This document shows positions 12,101 through 25,095 of a DNA stretch of 64,000 bases, piece by piece. The position numbers and the translations under genes are program-made. The notes under the pieces are model-generated. The model saw nothing but the letters and a program-made list of their open reading frames with translations, was not told the origin of the DNA and searched no databases. The DNA comes from a virus (Duplodnaviria > Caudoviricetes), in the IMG/VR virus record IMGVR_UViG_3300028228_000176, positions 637 to 64,636 of that record. The stretch is one strand, 5' to 3'. Positions within the stretch are counted from its first letter, which is position 1. Each line of letters begins with the position of its first letter.

Positions 12101-13000
12101 TTAAACCCTGTTTTTATATTAGAGCAGAATACTTCGTATAGAACTTGGAGTATAAAAACAACTGCATCTCAATATTTTACATATACTTGGGGTAGCGTTA
12201 GTAGAGGCAAAGATGTTTTCCAATTCGAATTTGAGTTTACAAATACAGTTTCAGAGGATGGAGTTGATGTAGAGTATGTTTCAATAATTGACCAAAAGGA
12301 TTTGTCAAATTCATTAACAAACGAAGAACCAATAGAGACCACTGTTTTTTACAGAGGCCCTAATAAAACATTGCCTTTCCCCAAAAAAACTTTGCCGTTG
12401 TTCCCTTATTATGGACAAACCTCAATTAACCAACCAAGAGAATGGATAGGGTTTGAGTCTGGTAAAACAGAATTAAGTTGGGGGATGGTATCAAAAAATA
12501 AAAACAATAATAACCTATACACTGTTGACCAAGGCTGGAGAGATTTGCATGGTTTTAATTTCGAGAATGGCTCAATAAATCCATTAAGCTCAATAAGGAA
12601 GTATGGATTAGAGTTAGAAATAACAGATGTATGGATTTGGAATGAAAAAATTGATATTCCATTTATACAAGGAACAAATTATTCTAAATGGGTTTCCCTA
12701 AAGTATGAGCAATACCTTTATGAATATTATATTTATGTTGGCCCAATGGATAATTTATTTAGACTAAGAAATAATTCTACAACAAATTTTAATGAAATTT
12801 TGCAAATTAATCTTGACAATATTAGATATATTAAAACAAACAGTCAAGGGCCAGGAACTATACAAGCGCCTCTCGATGACGCAACCAAGTACAAAGTATT
12901 TATGAACGTAAAAGATGCTAATCAAGGTCAAGGATTTAAGCAAATCAGGACATTCTCTATTGACGTTAGCTTAACCAATGTATTAAATATAGATAATTAA
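9146..13000 (+). CDS. Large tail protein, N-terminal part of a stabilization/nozzle-like protein
   Basis: 1284 aa. N-terminal KMNKDLNPRL..EYIDARN and LFFTDNRNQPRKIN motifs resemble crAss-like stabilization proteins. Confidence 0.6.
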   Translation: MAEVKNIFVGAKMNKDLNPRLISNNEYIDARNASIINSEGSDSGMVQNVSGNALLTDFKLTGVNLEIIGFYADTMNNRLFAFITDWNDSSPNNMSNFAAPQSHHYICMYDVQTETGTTLVSGNFLNFSKTHAVLGIDLIEELLFFTDNRNQPRKINVETATSNKDYYSEESDISVAKYYPWKAPRLSKNNSLGKLQPNSLLQQDVILEDTFGGTSPYIIETSQYTVSPAGGSNATFKVYTSEGWVTKVEVVDAGSGYSEGDVISIDPVNGLSPQENPLLCTLTADNFQKESTMLDVTSENLPLTQTLLVSNDSAASLTQFSTLTAVNSNWVGTILTVKSTDGVSQITSDRKIKVTAVGSTSPYLITHTEVSTPIVESDIVTLGANPNYNSSFIGDTNFLSDKFVRFSYRFKYDDNEYSLTAPFTQIAFIPKQDGYFLEDKVPTNINDDDANSDENNAVKSTIINFFENKVNQAEIIIPMPEGVSSVNELQSKLKVSEIEVLYKESDKVAIQSLGFISSSDLEAETGSEYVYRYSSQSPIKTLPEKETTRTSDKVPIRAKAQEITGNRVIYGNYLVRTTRPPELSYTSFISEKSQQGQLNSVNEIEYPNHVLKQNRSYRTGIVLVDKFGRQSDVITSKNSTVYCPYNEATGSFIRDEDVYRGSSLKILFNSRIPSELDIPGYAGLYSETNPNGWYSYKVVVQQKEQDYYNVFLPTALNNYPKYTPTGAGVVSQSTAFITLFSDNVNKVPRDLKEVGAQDLQFSSSANLYGRVFNTTFEDDTPTNSQFIPSTTPDKVVSIGLRDEIGMNRDADGVFYATSPFYSIPSVFRETPEEADTNNTGSNPYIAKVATKKAIGSVGGNLHTITASKEQVTFKNVRLNVYETEPFNSNLDIFYETSTSGLISELNDQINIGTGDSVPFAISGWSFSLSESDEPESYVTTAPFDILNAQGQSLTLQIAGLPEPNITARILSVKTRDGQNIIQSGSLNPVFILEQNTSYRTWSIKTTASQYFTYTWGSVSRGKDVFQFEFEFTNTVSEDGVDVEYVSIIDQKDLSNSLTNEEPIETTVFYRGPNKTLPFPKKTLPLFPYYGQTSINQPREWIGFESGKTELSWGMVSKNKNNNNLYTVDQGWRDLHGFNFENGSINPLSSIRKYGLELEITDVWIWNEKIDIPFIQGTNYSKWVSLKYEQYLYEYYIYVGPMDNLFRLRNNSTTNFNEILQINLDNIRYIKTNSQGPGTIQAPLDDATKYKVFMNVKDANQGQGFKQIRTFSIDVSLTNVLNIDN

Positions 13001-13005
13001 TTAAA

Positions 13006-14721
13006 ATGGCTGTAACTAAAGAAATAACATATTTCAACTCTTTTCTAGTAAAGAAGGTTATTCAAAAAACTGGAGCATCTACTGGGTATCCTACTGTTAG
13101 TGACAAAGCAGCAACTTGGCCAGCTCTGCCTTGGAATCCAGAGGGGTATCCGTTGTTCCCTCTACTTGCTGACACTGATACTAGTGCAAACTCTTCTTGT
13201 TGGTACATAGAAGAATCAAGAATTAGAGGTGGGTATAATAACAAACAAATAGATTTTGGAGTAAAAGCCTACTTAACAGAAGATGAAGACAAGGCTTTGA
13301 CATTGATTAATGGTTTAATATATTCGGGGCTTTATAATCTTAGAACTGGGATAAACCAAACAAACGTATTTTCTACGGGAGAGAATATAACGAAAGAACT
13401 AGACCCTAGTTACGGAGCCATTCAAAAACTATTTGCATCGGATACAAACTTAATAATATTCCAAGAAGACAAAGTAAGTAACGCTTTAATTGACAAAGAT
13501 GCAATCTACACAGCAGATGGCAATCCTTCTCTTACAGCAACGCAACTTGTTTTAGGACAGATAAGTCAGTATTCAGGAGAATATGGCATTAGCGACAACC
13601 CAGAGTCGTTTGCTTTCAAAGGATATAGAATGTATTTCACCGACAAAAATAGAGGTGCTGTAATGAGGTTATCTAGAGATGGTCTTACCGAGATTAGTTC
13701 TTATGGAATGAGGGATTATTTTAGAGATAAAATGTCTGACATTTCAAAAACCCCTCAAGCAACAGAGATAGAATTGAATTTAGCAGAGCCTCAAAACCAA
13801 GTATTAGGAAATGTGTTAAGTTTGTTAGATTCTACTTCAAACTTATTTAGTGATATAGAATATGGTATGACTATTTTTGGTGGGGCAATTAGCCCTAACG
13901 GTTTGTACGTTATTGATATAAATTCAAGCAATAGTACTGTAACATTAAATGCAGACATTGTTAGCTTTAACAATTCTCCCACTACAACTCAACTTTACAA
14001 GTCTAAGATAGATAGAATAGTAGGGTCTTACGACAATTACAATGATAAGTACGTAGTGTCAATGCAGAATGTTAATGCTTCTGAATACAACACATTATCT
14101 TTTAATGAATCAAATAATGGATGGACTAGCTTTTGGGACTACGACCCAAGTTTTGGTGGTACTTTAAATAACACATACTACACTTGTAAGTTAGACGGAA
14201 TATGGAAACATTACGAAGAATCAGTGATTAATAATAATAGAGGGAATTTCTATGGTACTTACTACCCAACATTGGTTCAATTGTCTTTCAATCCAAACGT
14301 TTCTTTTTCTAAAAACTTCCAAACAGTGAACTACGAAGGAAGTAACGGATGGCAAGTAGATTCATTCCTATCAGACCCAACGGGAGCTTTGCTACCAAGC
14401 AGTTTGAATAATAGCTACAAAGACTCAACATCTTCTGTTTTAAGTTACAACGAAGGGGCTTATATTGAAGCAGGAACTACTTATAGAGCTGGCTTTAACT
14501 TGAGAGAAAATAAATACTATGCTAATTTAGTTAATGTTGGAACAACAGCAAATGGGGATGGGTTAATTTTACAAGGTATGCCAGGACAAGTGCTCCCAAA
14601 TACTAGCGTTAGCGGAATAAAAGGATTCTTTGCGACAGTAACAATAAGCACTGACAAAACGACAGATATAGGTGGGCAGAAAACATTGTTTGCAGTGTCA
14701 TCAAATTACACAAAATCTTAA
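13006..14721 (+). CDS. Tail stabilization/nozzle-like protein (beta-propeller)
   Basis: Contains YGISDNPESFA, YFTDKNRGAVMRLS and GWTSFWDY motifs. Confidence 0.6.
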   Translation: MAVTKEITYFNSFLVKKVIQKTGASTGYPTVSDKAATWPALPWNPEGYPLFPLLADTDTSANSSCWYIEESRIRGGYNNKQIDFGVKAYLTEDEDKALTLINGLIYSGLYNLRTGINQTNVFSTGENITKELDPSYGAIQKLFASDTNLIIFQEDKVSNALIDKDAIYTADGNPSLTATQLVLGQISQYSGEYGISDNPESFAFKGYRMYFTDKNRGAVMRLSRDGLTEISSYGMRDYFRDKMSDISKTPQATEIELNLAEPQNQVLGNVLSLLDSTSNLFSDIEYGMTIFGGAISPNGLYVIDINSSNSTVTLNADIVSFNNSPTTTQLYKSKIDRIVGSYDNYNDKYVVSMQNVNASEYNTLSFNESNNGWTSFWDYDPSFGGTLNNTYYTCKLDGIWKHYEESVINNNRGNFYGTYYPTLVQLSFNPNVSFSKNFQTVNYEGSNGWQVDSFLSDPTGALLPSSLNNSYKDSTSSVLSYNEGAYIEAGTTYRAGFNLRENKYYANLVNVGTTANGDGLILQGMPGQVLPNTSVSGIKGFFATVTISTDKTTDIGGQKTLFAVSSNYTKS

Positions 14722-14731
14722 AAAATAAAAC

Positions 14732-15412
14732 ATGATAGGAGCAATTCTGCAGGTAGGTGCAATTGGAATGAAGGTGGTTGGAGCAGTAAAAAGTTACAAC
14801 GCATTAAAAGACCAAGCACAGAAAGATAAATTCAATATGAATAGGCAACAAGATTTGCTTAGAGACCTTGAAAACTCAAGACAAACATTGACAAACCCTT
14901 ACGCTAATTTAGGTGTTGCTACACAAGCAGCCGAAATGGAAATAGAGCAAGCAGATATTGCGTTGGCAAACACCCTTGATACTATTAGAGCTACTGGTGG
15001 AGCAGCAGGTGGTGCTACGGCATTGGCTCAAGCAGCGTTGCAAAGCAAAAAAGGTGTTGCAGCTAGCATTGAAAAGCAAGAGGCTAACAATCAGCAAATG
15101 CAAGCTAGAGGAAAAGAAAGAATGCTTATTATGCAAGAAGATAGAGAGAACATGGGTCTTGACAGACAAGCGGCATTAGCTGACCAAGCTGCGAATCAAA
15201 GTAGGGCTTCTGATACTAACCAAATATTAGCACAGCAAGCGTTGTTTGACTTAGGTGGAGATGCACTACAAGCTGGTGCTTACGCAGCAAGTTTAGGTGG
15301 TGGAACTCAGACTAACCCTTACGATGGTTCGGCAACAGTAGGAGGCGTAGGCGATTCAAGTACAGGTTTTGGAAGCGGAAATATTTCCAAAGGCTTTGGA
15401 GGTAAAGGTTAG
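14732..15412 (+). CDS. Putative internal virion (ejection) protein
   Basis: A/Q/G-rich helical protein following the tail genes, as in podoviral synteny. Confidence 0.5.
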   Translation: MIGAILQVGAIGMKVVGAVKSYNALKDQAQKDKFNMNRQQDLLRDLENSRQTLTNPYANLGVATQAAEMEIEQADIALANTLDTIRATGGAAGGATALAQAALQSKKGVAASIEKQEANNQQMQARGKERMLIMQEDRENMGLDRQAALADQAANQSRASDTNQILAQQALFDLGGDALQAGAYAASLGGGTQTNPYDGSATVGGVGDSSTGFGSGNISKGFGGKG

Positions 15413-15428
15413 TAAATAAAATAAAAAC

Positions 15429-17443
15429 ATGAGTTATAGAAACCCAAGAGTAGTTATAGATAATAGATTAGGTGAAGCTTTCATTCAAAATACTAAAGAT
15501 TTTGGAGAGAGTTTGACAACAAGTGCTATTAGTGTAGGAAAGCAAGTTCAAGCCCGTAGAGAAATTAACGCAAAGATTGTTAATGATATAAATAATTATC
15601 AATCAAAAGTAGATGATAACTTAGTAAAAGTTGCAATCGAAAACAAGACCGATGTTAATAGTTTTATTAATGGGACAAAAGACATGGCTAAGTTATTTAA
15701 GCAAGCAAAGTTTAGAAAACTAAAGAACCAAGGGTCTTATGAGGGGATGGATGAAGATGAGGACTTAATTAGGTCTTATAGTACATACGTTCAATCTGCT
15801 GGTAGTTATATGGCTGCAATGTCTTCTGCAAGCGAAGAGTATTCTACCACATTGGATTCTAAAGGAATGGGTAAAGCTCCAGGACAAATAAGTTCAGATA
15901 GCGACTCTAGGTGGATTATTGCTAATAACTTAGCTAGGAGTGGTAATAATTCTTCTGGCAAAATAGAATACAAAACCGTTTATGGCGGGCCTGCTTCTGG
16001 AGTACAATTAATGATGGTTGTCTCTGGAGAATCTATCAAGAAAGCTAATGAAGAGTTAGCGGAAAGAACTGGAGACAGTAGTTATCTTGAATCTGGAGAC
16101 ACTTACACATTGTCTGCAAATGATTTGGCAAGCAGAAACACTGGAAGTAACGCTAGTCCTTTTTCTAAAGGGCCTTATTCTATTAACCCAGACATGATTG
16201 GTTCAGGAGAAGAAGGTTCTACTGGAGTTTTAAAAGATTTTATTGCAAATAAAGTTATAGGTAAAAATAGGAATTTGACAGATGAGTATATGTCTCAACC
16301 AGAAACTGTTATTAGAAGTGTTATAATTGATGGTCAAACAAAAAAATATTATGTGGACGGCAAGACTCCAAACACAAAGAAAATCGAAGAAGACATTAAG
16401 TCAAGCACAAATAGTTACATTAATTCTACAGCTAGACTAGGTGGAAATGCGATGAATAATTTGTTAAATGGTATAGCTAAATCAAGAAAAACTGCGAGTG
16501 GAGAAGTAGAGCTTTATTACAATCCTGCATTAAGAAACGAAGATGGACAGCCACAGAGAGATGAAAGCGGTAAGGTTTTGTTTGGCCCTGAAGTAATACT
16601 TAGTGACGATGGGACTTTAGAAACAGATTACAACGATGAAACATCGGGTACATTTGGGTACACTCCAGAGGTTATGAATAAATTAAAAGATTTTGCTCTT
16701 CATTTTGCTGTTGAGAATGTTGGTGGATTTAACGACCCTACTGAAACAGAAAACACAAAGAAACAATTTATTAAAGAAGAAAACCAGAGAAACCAGACAC
16801 TCCTCGTACTTTAACTTCAGGAGAAAGAAGAGATGTTTCCACTACTAATCTAATAGATACAAACCTATTAAAAATATCTACTAAAATAAAAGACGGATTG
16901 CTTTCAGAAATAGACTTATCTGGATTAGATGGACTAAAAAGCGGGTATCAGTTTATTAGCGACCCTGACGATATGGGATGGGTTACAGCTCAAGGCCCAA
17001 AAACTGCGAAAGGGGATGCTGGAGAAAAAGTTAGACTAGATTTTAGAACAGAATCAGCAACAGAAGAATCAAGACAAAAACTTTACAACTTACTTCTTTC
17101 CGAAACCAAGGTAGTACCTCAAAACGAAAAGCAGAGCGAAAATCCAGATATGGAACCATTGATTCAGACAATAAGCAGAATGAGTGATGGGATTGAAGAT
17201 GATGAATTTATCGGTCTTTTAGAAAAGCAAAATTATGGAGGAAAGTCCTATAAGGAATTTTTAAGCCAATACGGAATAGAATTGAATTATAGTGCGTTTG
17301 ATGGTAAAGATATATTAGATGTAACGAGTGGAGGGAAAACGTATGCTGTAAATTTAAAGGATGCTAACTGGAAGAAAAACCTTAGTAACATATTTAAAAA
17401 AGCCGTTGGGAATAAGACGTTTTTGGAAGTCCAACATAATTAA
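15429..17443 (+). CDS. Putative internal virion protein (ORFs 15429-16814 and 16898-17443, probably one gene)
   Basis: Coding-like sequence continues across the break, and the second ORF has no ATG. Confidence 0.45.
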
Positions 17444-17469
17444 TAAGAAACATTTGTAATAAATAAAAT

Positions 17470-20400
17470 ATGGAATCAGGCGATAAAGACGTTAAAATCT
17501 AAGTTATATAAGCAATACTTAGATGCCAACATAATAGGAAAGGCTACTACTAAGGAAATGTTCTACTCAATGAATGATGAGCAAGCTGAGGTTTTATTTA
17601 AACAAGGTAGAGATGCTAAAATCATAGGCGATGCCACAGATTTAAATATGTTTATTGGAGGAGTGAGGGGTGACACTTCGGGAAAGCAAAGTGCTGTTGT
17701 GGAACAAAAGGTTGCAAGCACAACAGCAGATGTTTCTCAGGCAGCAGATACGGAATTGTCATTGGAAGACACTTCTTTGGAATCATTAGAAGTCTCTAGC
17801 AAAGAAAAACCTACGTTGGTTGAAAGAGCTTTTGGAAAGAATGAAGTAACTGATTTTTTTGGCGATATATATAGAGCAGGTTCTCAAGGTTACTTGCAAT
17901 CAGAATTAGTTGACCCTAGCATTGATGTTTTGAACTCAGGAGCAGAATCTTCTGACCAAGAAATATTAAGATTTATAGAGACGCAAAGTAAAATATCAGA
18001 AAACAGTTCTCAATCTGACGAGATGAAATCTTTTGATAAAGCTTATGACGAAGAAGGTGGTGGGTTTTTTGGTTTATTGCAGGAGTTATTGAAAGTCCAA
18101 CAGTTTTGCCTAGCTTGCTTGTTAGTTCTTTATCTACCCAAGTAGGTTCTCTCAGGTCTGATGAAGTAGTTACCGCTACGGCTGTTGGTGCAGGTGGAGG
18201 AGCAGTAATTGGTAGTGTTGTCCCAGGAATAGGTACTGCTACTGGAGCTATTTCTGGAGCGTTTGCTGCTGGAGCCGCAACGATGGAAGCTGGTTTAACA
18301 TTTGCCGAATTACTACAAGAGAAAATACAAGGAGAGATGACTATTGAGTCAGTTAGGGCTATTCTTGATAGTCCAGAAGAAGTGGAAGATTTAAAGAATA
18401 AAGCTATCAGTAGAGGAGTTGCTATTGGACTTGTAGAAGGTCTTACTGCTGGCCTTGCAAAAGGGGCTACTGGGGCTATTTCTAAGACCGTTAAGACATC
18501 AAAGACCGTAGCTGGCAGAACTGCTAGCAAAGTTGCAGCAGGTGCAGCAGGTGGAGCCATAGAGGTTGTAGGTGGTGGTGGTGGAGAAGTCGCTGGAAGG
18601 TTAGCTGCTGGACAAGAAATGGACGCTAAGGAGATAGGATTTGAGGCGGTGGTTGGGTTATCAACAGCACCCGTAACTGTTTTACCAACGTTAGCTAAAA
18701 TAAAGACAGTTAGCGAAAGAGTTAAGTTGACTAATGAAGCAAAGAGAGGTGGATATAATACAGTTCATTCTGCATTCAAGCCCGATAGCAAGATTGACGA
18801 AACTACTTTAGACTTGGCTTCATCAAAAAACTCGTCTAACCTTGTTGATGAGCAAGTGGAAATAGAGGTTGCTAATAAAAGAATGAGTCAAGAAGAAGCT
18901 GACGCAATTAAGATTACGTTTAGAGAAACTCAGTCAGCTGTCAATACGGTAAACAAACAAGATAGACTTAAAGGGGATTCTAAAATTGAAGCCGTAGAAC
19001 TTTTAAAAGAAGGTGATAGATTAGAAAAGAAAATAAAAGATATCGACAATAGCAGTTTAAGTGCTACTGAATCAAATAGACTTGCCGAAATAAAAATAAA
19101 ATTAGAGTCTTTGGTAAATGGGGAGACAATAGCTGAGACAGAAAAACCATCCCCAATTGTTAGTGAAGATAATATATTTACAGACCCCACTGACGAACAA
19201 TACGCTAGTATTAACAGAAACGATGGAAAGGGAAACCAAACAATATCTAAAGCTGAATACGATGCTATTATTATTGAACAAGAATCTAATAACACAAATG
19301 ATTCCGAAGTGGTTTCCGAAGAAGCTATTTCGGATGGTTCTGTAGTTGAAGAAGATGCCGAACAAGAGTTGGGGTCATTGAAAGATTCAAACCCTAAGAA
19401 AAGTCAAATCTATTTAGACAGGAAGATTAAAGTTCAGGAGAAGTTTAAAAATTAATAGCGATAGCTAAAAGAAAGTATTCGTCTAATAAGAACTCTACTG
19501 CCGTAAGCGATTTAGAGCAAAAACGAGATGAAGCCTTGGCTGATTTAAGTAATAAAGAAGACGCTGAGAGTAATAAATCTAAAGGAAAGGTTGAGAAATT
19601 GACAAATACGCCTCTTGTTGAGGAAGATAATGACGACATAAACCAAGACGATTTAGATGATTTAGATATATCTATCAACGAGATGGAGGATTCAAGACCT
19701 GAATTAGTTGGTAAAAACACCATTGATGACGGGGGGAGACTTTCGAGATATTTTCTATTCAGAAGAAAAAAGACGGCACCTACGTAGTGAAAGCTAAGCA
19801 ACGTCTGACTACTTCTCAGCAAAATAAAAGAGGTAAAGGTAAATCTGGAACCATAAAGAGATATAGTGGTCAAGATGCAGAAAGAATAGTAAAGGACTCT
19901 CAGTTAGGGGTCTTTTCTGAGAGAGCTCGGCCCGCAGGGAAAGAAAAAGTAAAGACTAAAGGGAAGTCTAAACCTTTAGCTCCATCAAGCAAGACAACTT
20001 ATCCTTCAAGGGAAAAGCCTACAATTGTTGTAAAGTCTGGAGAGGAGATAGAGTCAGAATTAGAGGCAGAGATAGCTAAAATAGAAGCCGAAGTTGTTGG
20101 ATTTGAAGAAGCCGTAGTTGATGAGTTAGCTTCTAAGGATGCTACTAGAGATTTAGTTACGTTTAATGGCAATATATACCAAGTAACAGAAAAACCTAAT
20201 GGGGAATTTGCAGTATCAAAGATGCGCTCTCCTGACGGGAAACTCGTAAACTTAGGAAAAGATACTATCGAGAGAAAAAAAGCAATATCTCAATACAAAA
20301 GAAAAAAAACAATCAAGTCTAAGGAGTCAATGACTGAAGCCGAGCAGCTACTTGATGATTACAAAAAACAAAGTACAAGACCGAATTGAGAAAGCCTTAG

Positions 20401-23400
20401 ATAACGCTATTGAGGCTCTGGCTTTAGGGAAACTTAGAGGCAGATGAACGACGTAACCACTGTGTTGGGTACAGTTGTGGCTAATGGTCTATTAAGGGCT
20501 GTTAGGGTTAGTTATAAATTAGGAATGACCCTCGTTCAAGCTGTTGACTACCATTACGTCACAATTAAAGACTCTGGAGTATCTAAAAAGGAGTTTTTAT
20601 AGGTTCGTAAAAAGATTCAATAAATTCTTACTCAGCAAAAAACAAAGTAAATGATACCTCAAAATCTAGTAAGGGTAACGTTGAAGAATCGGCTGTTGTT
20701 AGCAAGCCCACTGTAGATACGGTAAAGGGTATGAAGAAAAAGCCAGCTCCAAAAGACGTAAAAACAGAAACGGAAGGGCTGACTCTTTCCGAGCAAGTTA
20801 ATCAAGGGTTGGAAGAATTGCTCGCAGCGAATAAAGAAAAGAATCAAGTAAAAAAAGCTGCTGCAATTGAAAAGTCTAAAGCTAATTTAGAAAAAGCCAA
20901 AAAATCATTAAAAGCAAGAATAAGTAAGCTTAAAAACAACAACGAAGCTAGGAAAATATTATCTACTGAAGCTAAAAAATAATTAAAGAGTCTAAGCTTA
21001 GTGAATTTTCTAAGGGTACTATTAATAAAATAATTACAAACGTAAACAAAGCCAATACTAGCAACTTGCTAAAGATGGTGGACGAGATTGCGGATGTTGT
21101 TAATAGAGACATAAGTAGAAAAGATAGGCTTAAAAGAATCAAAGATAGAGGTAGGGCTATTAAGAACATAAGAAATCTTGGGGACATTAGAAAGGTGCTA
21201 AAAGACGATATAAAAACTTTACTGGGTTAAATCATAAGTATTTATCTCCTGATGCTTTAATTAAATACGATGAAGTAATATCTAACTTAGTCCCTAAAGG
21301 CAAGGTTCTTTCTAATGAAAATTATCAGAGTTAATTAAGGAAGTTAATTCCTCTTTTAAAAGCGACTTGCTAGATGCAGAGGCTTTAATAGATAGGATAG
21401 AAATAGACGAAAGCAAATCATTTACAGAAAACTTAAAGGCTTTTATTAAAAAACAAAGAAATAAAAAAAGAGCAATACGATTTACTTCTTAGGTTCAAAG
21501 ACTTAATGTTAGACACAAAAGAAGACCCTACTGACGGTATGACCAAAGAGGAGATTGATGCCATCAAAGGAGAGAAAGATGCCGCTAAAAAGGAAAGCTG
21601 CTGAAGATGATTTTTCTGAGGCAATGTTTGAAACCAAAAACCCAATAAGAGAACCAAACGAAAATGAAAAGATTGCAATAAAAACAGCAAAGTCTTTAAC
21701 TTTAGTGGATACCGAAGGTATGAATATATCTCAATTGAGGAAGCTAAATTCAGGACTGGAACTACTAAATAGCGGAATGGTGGGTAGTGATTTGTTTGAG
21801 TCTTTAGAAATTGTATACGGGTTAAGGGACAAAAGGTCTATTCCAACAACCGAAATATCGGAATCAGGTGTTATTGATAAAACTTTATCTAAAGTTAGAA
21901 GTGGTGTTAAAAACATATTTATATCTGATAAAAACAAAAAAGAAATATCTATTAAAAATAGACTAAGGTCTGCTCCTATTATAAACATAGAGCAAGTGTT
22001 AAAGACCCAATCTAAGAAGTTTAAGTCAACTAATATCTACCAAGCTTTATTTAGACCTAGTGCGGTTGCATTTGCTAACGTGGAGGACAAGCTTAACGAC
22101 AACGAAAAAACTCTTAAAGCAGCAGAATCTTTATTATCTAGCAATCAAAAACAAAAAGTTTTGAACAAAAAGTCTAGAATTATGATTTTTCAAATACAAA
22201 AAGAATTTGAAAGCAATCCAGACAATAAGGAAGTAACACCAGCCGCTGCTTGGATTAATTTTACAATAAAATCTAAAGAAAGTATTTATGACGAAAGCGA
22301 GTTGGCTATATTGCAAGAAATACTAGACAAGTACTCGGTGGATGGAGAAATTGATTTGGCTTCAATAGAAAATAGCTTTACGGATAAAGAAAATAAATCT
22401 AAAAAATTAATAAGAAATGTATATTTAGGTTTTCAGGATTTAGCAAAAATGGATGCAGAAAGACAAGGCTTGCCCTTTGTTTTAAGGGAGAATTATGTCC
22501 ACTTGCCAGAAGATAGTAACAAAAGAAATGAAGTTACTGAGTCTTTGGATGATTTAAAAACTTCATTTACAAAGCCCTCTGTAAAAAGCAAGTTGTTAAT
22601 ACAACGTAATGGGAAAGCACACTTAATATCTTTTGACCCAATACAAAACGCATACTCTGCTTCAAGAAAGACTATAACTAGCTTTTATATGTCCCCAGTC
22701 ATAAAGAGGGCAAAGGTCGCTTTTCGGGCGTTAAAAAAAGAAGTGGAAGGAACTAAAAATTCGGATTTAGTTCAATCATTAGAAGAAGTGTATGATGACA
22801 TACTAAGGTTTGAATACCAAAACGTAACCAAAAACAAAGCTCTAATAGAGTCTGTAATAGACGTAATTGGCAAAGCAGGGTACATCGCTCAGTTGGCTGG
22901 CCCAGTAAAGGCAAGTTTTGAGCTTGCTTCTAACGCAACGCATGCAGTACTCTCAAGACCTCTTGCCTTTATTTCAGGGGTAAATGCTTTATCTGATTCA
23001 AATGTTAGTAGAGCTGAATACGACAGAGCCATAAAGGCTTTGCCTACAACTCAAAAAGCAAGAATATCTGGAGATGCAGACTTGTCCAGCAAGGAAGTTG
23101 AGTCAAGACTTACTTCGGAGAAGAACTTATTTAAATCAGGAAAAACCACTTCGGAAGGAAGAGCTTTCTTGAAACAAGGACTTAGTTTTCTATCAAAACC
23201 TCTAAAGGCTTCTTATAAGTTTAACGAAAGTTTGATTGCAAGGCCAGATACTACAATTGCAAGACCATTATTTGTTGGCGCTTTTAATGAATCTTTTAAA
23301 AAATATACAGGCAAAAACCCAGATTGGAAGAAATTATCTTCAGACGCTTCGTATAGAGATGAATTTAGCGAAGCTATCGAACAAGCAACGCTTAGTGGAG

Positions 23401-24215
23401 ATAGAGCTGTGACAGATTCCGTTGCTTCCAATAATCCATTTGAAGGTATCTCGAAAAACATTAAGGACAAAGATGCTTCGTCCATAAGACAAGCCATACA
23501 GATGGCAAATAGATACATGACTAGGTTTAGGGTTTTTGAATACTATTCTGCTGTAAAGGGAGTTGAAAACTTACTTGGGAAAGGAGAAATATCAAGGGTT
23601 GAAGCTGGAATGCTACTAACTGCAACCGTTGCTCGTATGACTATGTATAAAATGGGTATTGATATAACTATGTCATTAATTTACCAAGCTATGGGTATTG
23701 ATGACGAAGAGGATGAAATAGATTTAGACAAAGACCTCACTAAGTCAGTCCTTTCTGCTATAGTTACATTGTCAATGGGTAGAAACATTGGAAACTTAGC
23801 TCAAATGCCTTTTAATTACGGTGTAGAATGGCTGAATAAGTCTTATGGAGATGGGTTTACTAGAGAAGGAGAGTACAATTCTTTCAAGGATGGTGTTGTG
23901 TGGAATAAAATACCTTTAGACGACAACATTCAAGACGACATTTTGTCTGATATGTTAATATCTTCTTTAGGGCCATTCAATCCTATGGCTAAGACTATTT
24001 TTAGAGGCTCCACTTTGGCTGGAAGAACCGTAAAGTCAAAGAAAGAAGAAACACGAGAAAGAAATATGAACGAGCTTCTTACTAGAATACCTTTCGAGGT
24101 TGTTGGGAATTTAGGGATTATTCCAGCTTATAAGGATTTAAGAAAGATATACTTGAAGTCTTTGTTTAACGATAGGGACAAGAAGGATAATAAAAAAATC
24201 TACATCCAAAGGTAG
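17470..24215 (+). CDS. Giant internal virion/ejection protein (about 2200 aa), broken by several frameshifts
   Basis: Abutting or overlapping + ORFs (17558, 18106, 19536, 19787, 20731, 21555) with no intergenic leaders. Has a G/A-rich hydrophobic segment and a helical C-terminal domain. Confidence 0.55.
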
Positions 24216-24817
24216 CTTGATGGGAGATTAATTAACATAAAACAATAAACATGAAGTATAAAATGAATGGTTTCCCTCAAATGGGAAACGGAATGGAAAC
24301 GGAAACGGAAATGAAGAAGAAGAGCAATCTCAAGGAATGAGAGACTTAAATTCGTTAAGAGATTCAAGGACAATCGACACCACTGCCAATTCTTCTAGTT
24401 TAGTTATGTTTGATGAAAATTTAGATGGAGGAGAATGGTATTATCCAGCTAGGGCGACTCCAGCCGCACCTACAGTTGAGCCGTCAAGTTCTGCTACAAA
24501 ACGCATTTCAAAAAACCTATGCGTAAATCAATGGATAAGATGGAATCTAAAGATTATAATTTAAAAAGTAAAAAACAACATCTTCGATAAAGACTCCACC
24601 AAAAGCAAAAGTTAAATACAATTTATATTCTTCTGCAAGTCAACTTGGTAAACAAGGCAAATCGGTTGGGTACACAGAGACTTCTGTGCCTGGAGCAAAG
24701 AAAGTGTTAAGGCAAAATATGTCAATGGCCACATACGAAAATAGGTTGAAATAAAAATAGTTAAACAAAGGGACACGACAAATAGGCGTACCATACCTAA
24801 AGTTCCTGCAACCAAAG

Positions 24818-24853
24818 AACGCCAGTAATTAATTTTACTGGCGTTTTTTATTT
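24818..24853. terminator. Probable bidirectional terminator at the junction of the convergent arms
   Basis: aacgccagtaa-ttaatt-ttactggcgtt followed by a T-tract, located where the + and - arms meet. Confidence 0.75.
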
Positions 24854-25059
24854 TACTTTTCTATTTTCTTAACCAGCTTTTTCATAGCTGCAAATTGTCC
24901 CCAAGTTAATTGAAACCTTGCATTTAATTTACTTACTATTTCAACATCAAACCCTTCTCCGTTTTTCCAGTCAGTGACTTCTATGAAGTCGTGTTCGTCA
25001 GCGAGATGGTCGTTATTTTTTAAATTGCTAAACACTGCTTTTCTATTGTACTTATCCAT
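24853..25059 (-). CDS. Hypothetical protein
   Basis: 68-aa ORF with an AT-rich leader. Confidence 0.55.
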   Translation of the reverse strand: MDKYNRKAVFSNLKNNDHLADEHDFIEVTDWKNGEGFDVEIVSKLNARFQLTWGQFAAMKKLVKKIEK

Positions 25060-25095
25060 AATTTTTATTTTTATTTATTTAACCAACGCTTAAAA

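Noticed and set aside
17470-24215. Stop-codon reassignment (alternative genetic code)
   Set aside because: Fragments lie in different frames, and long genes elsewhere translate normally under code 11.
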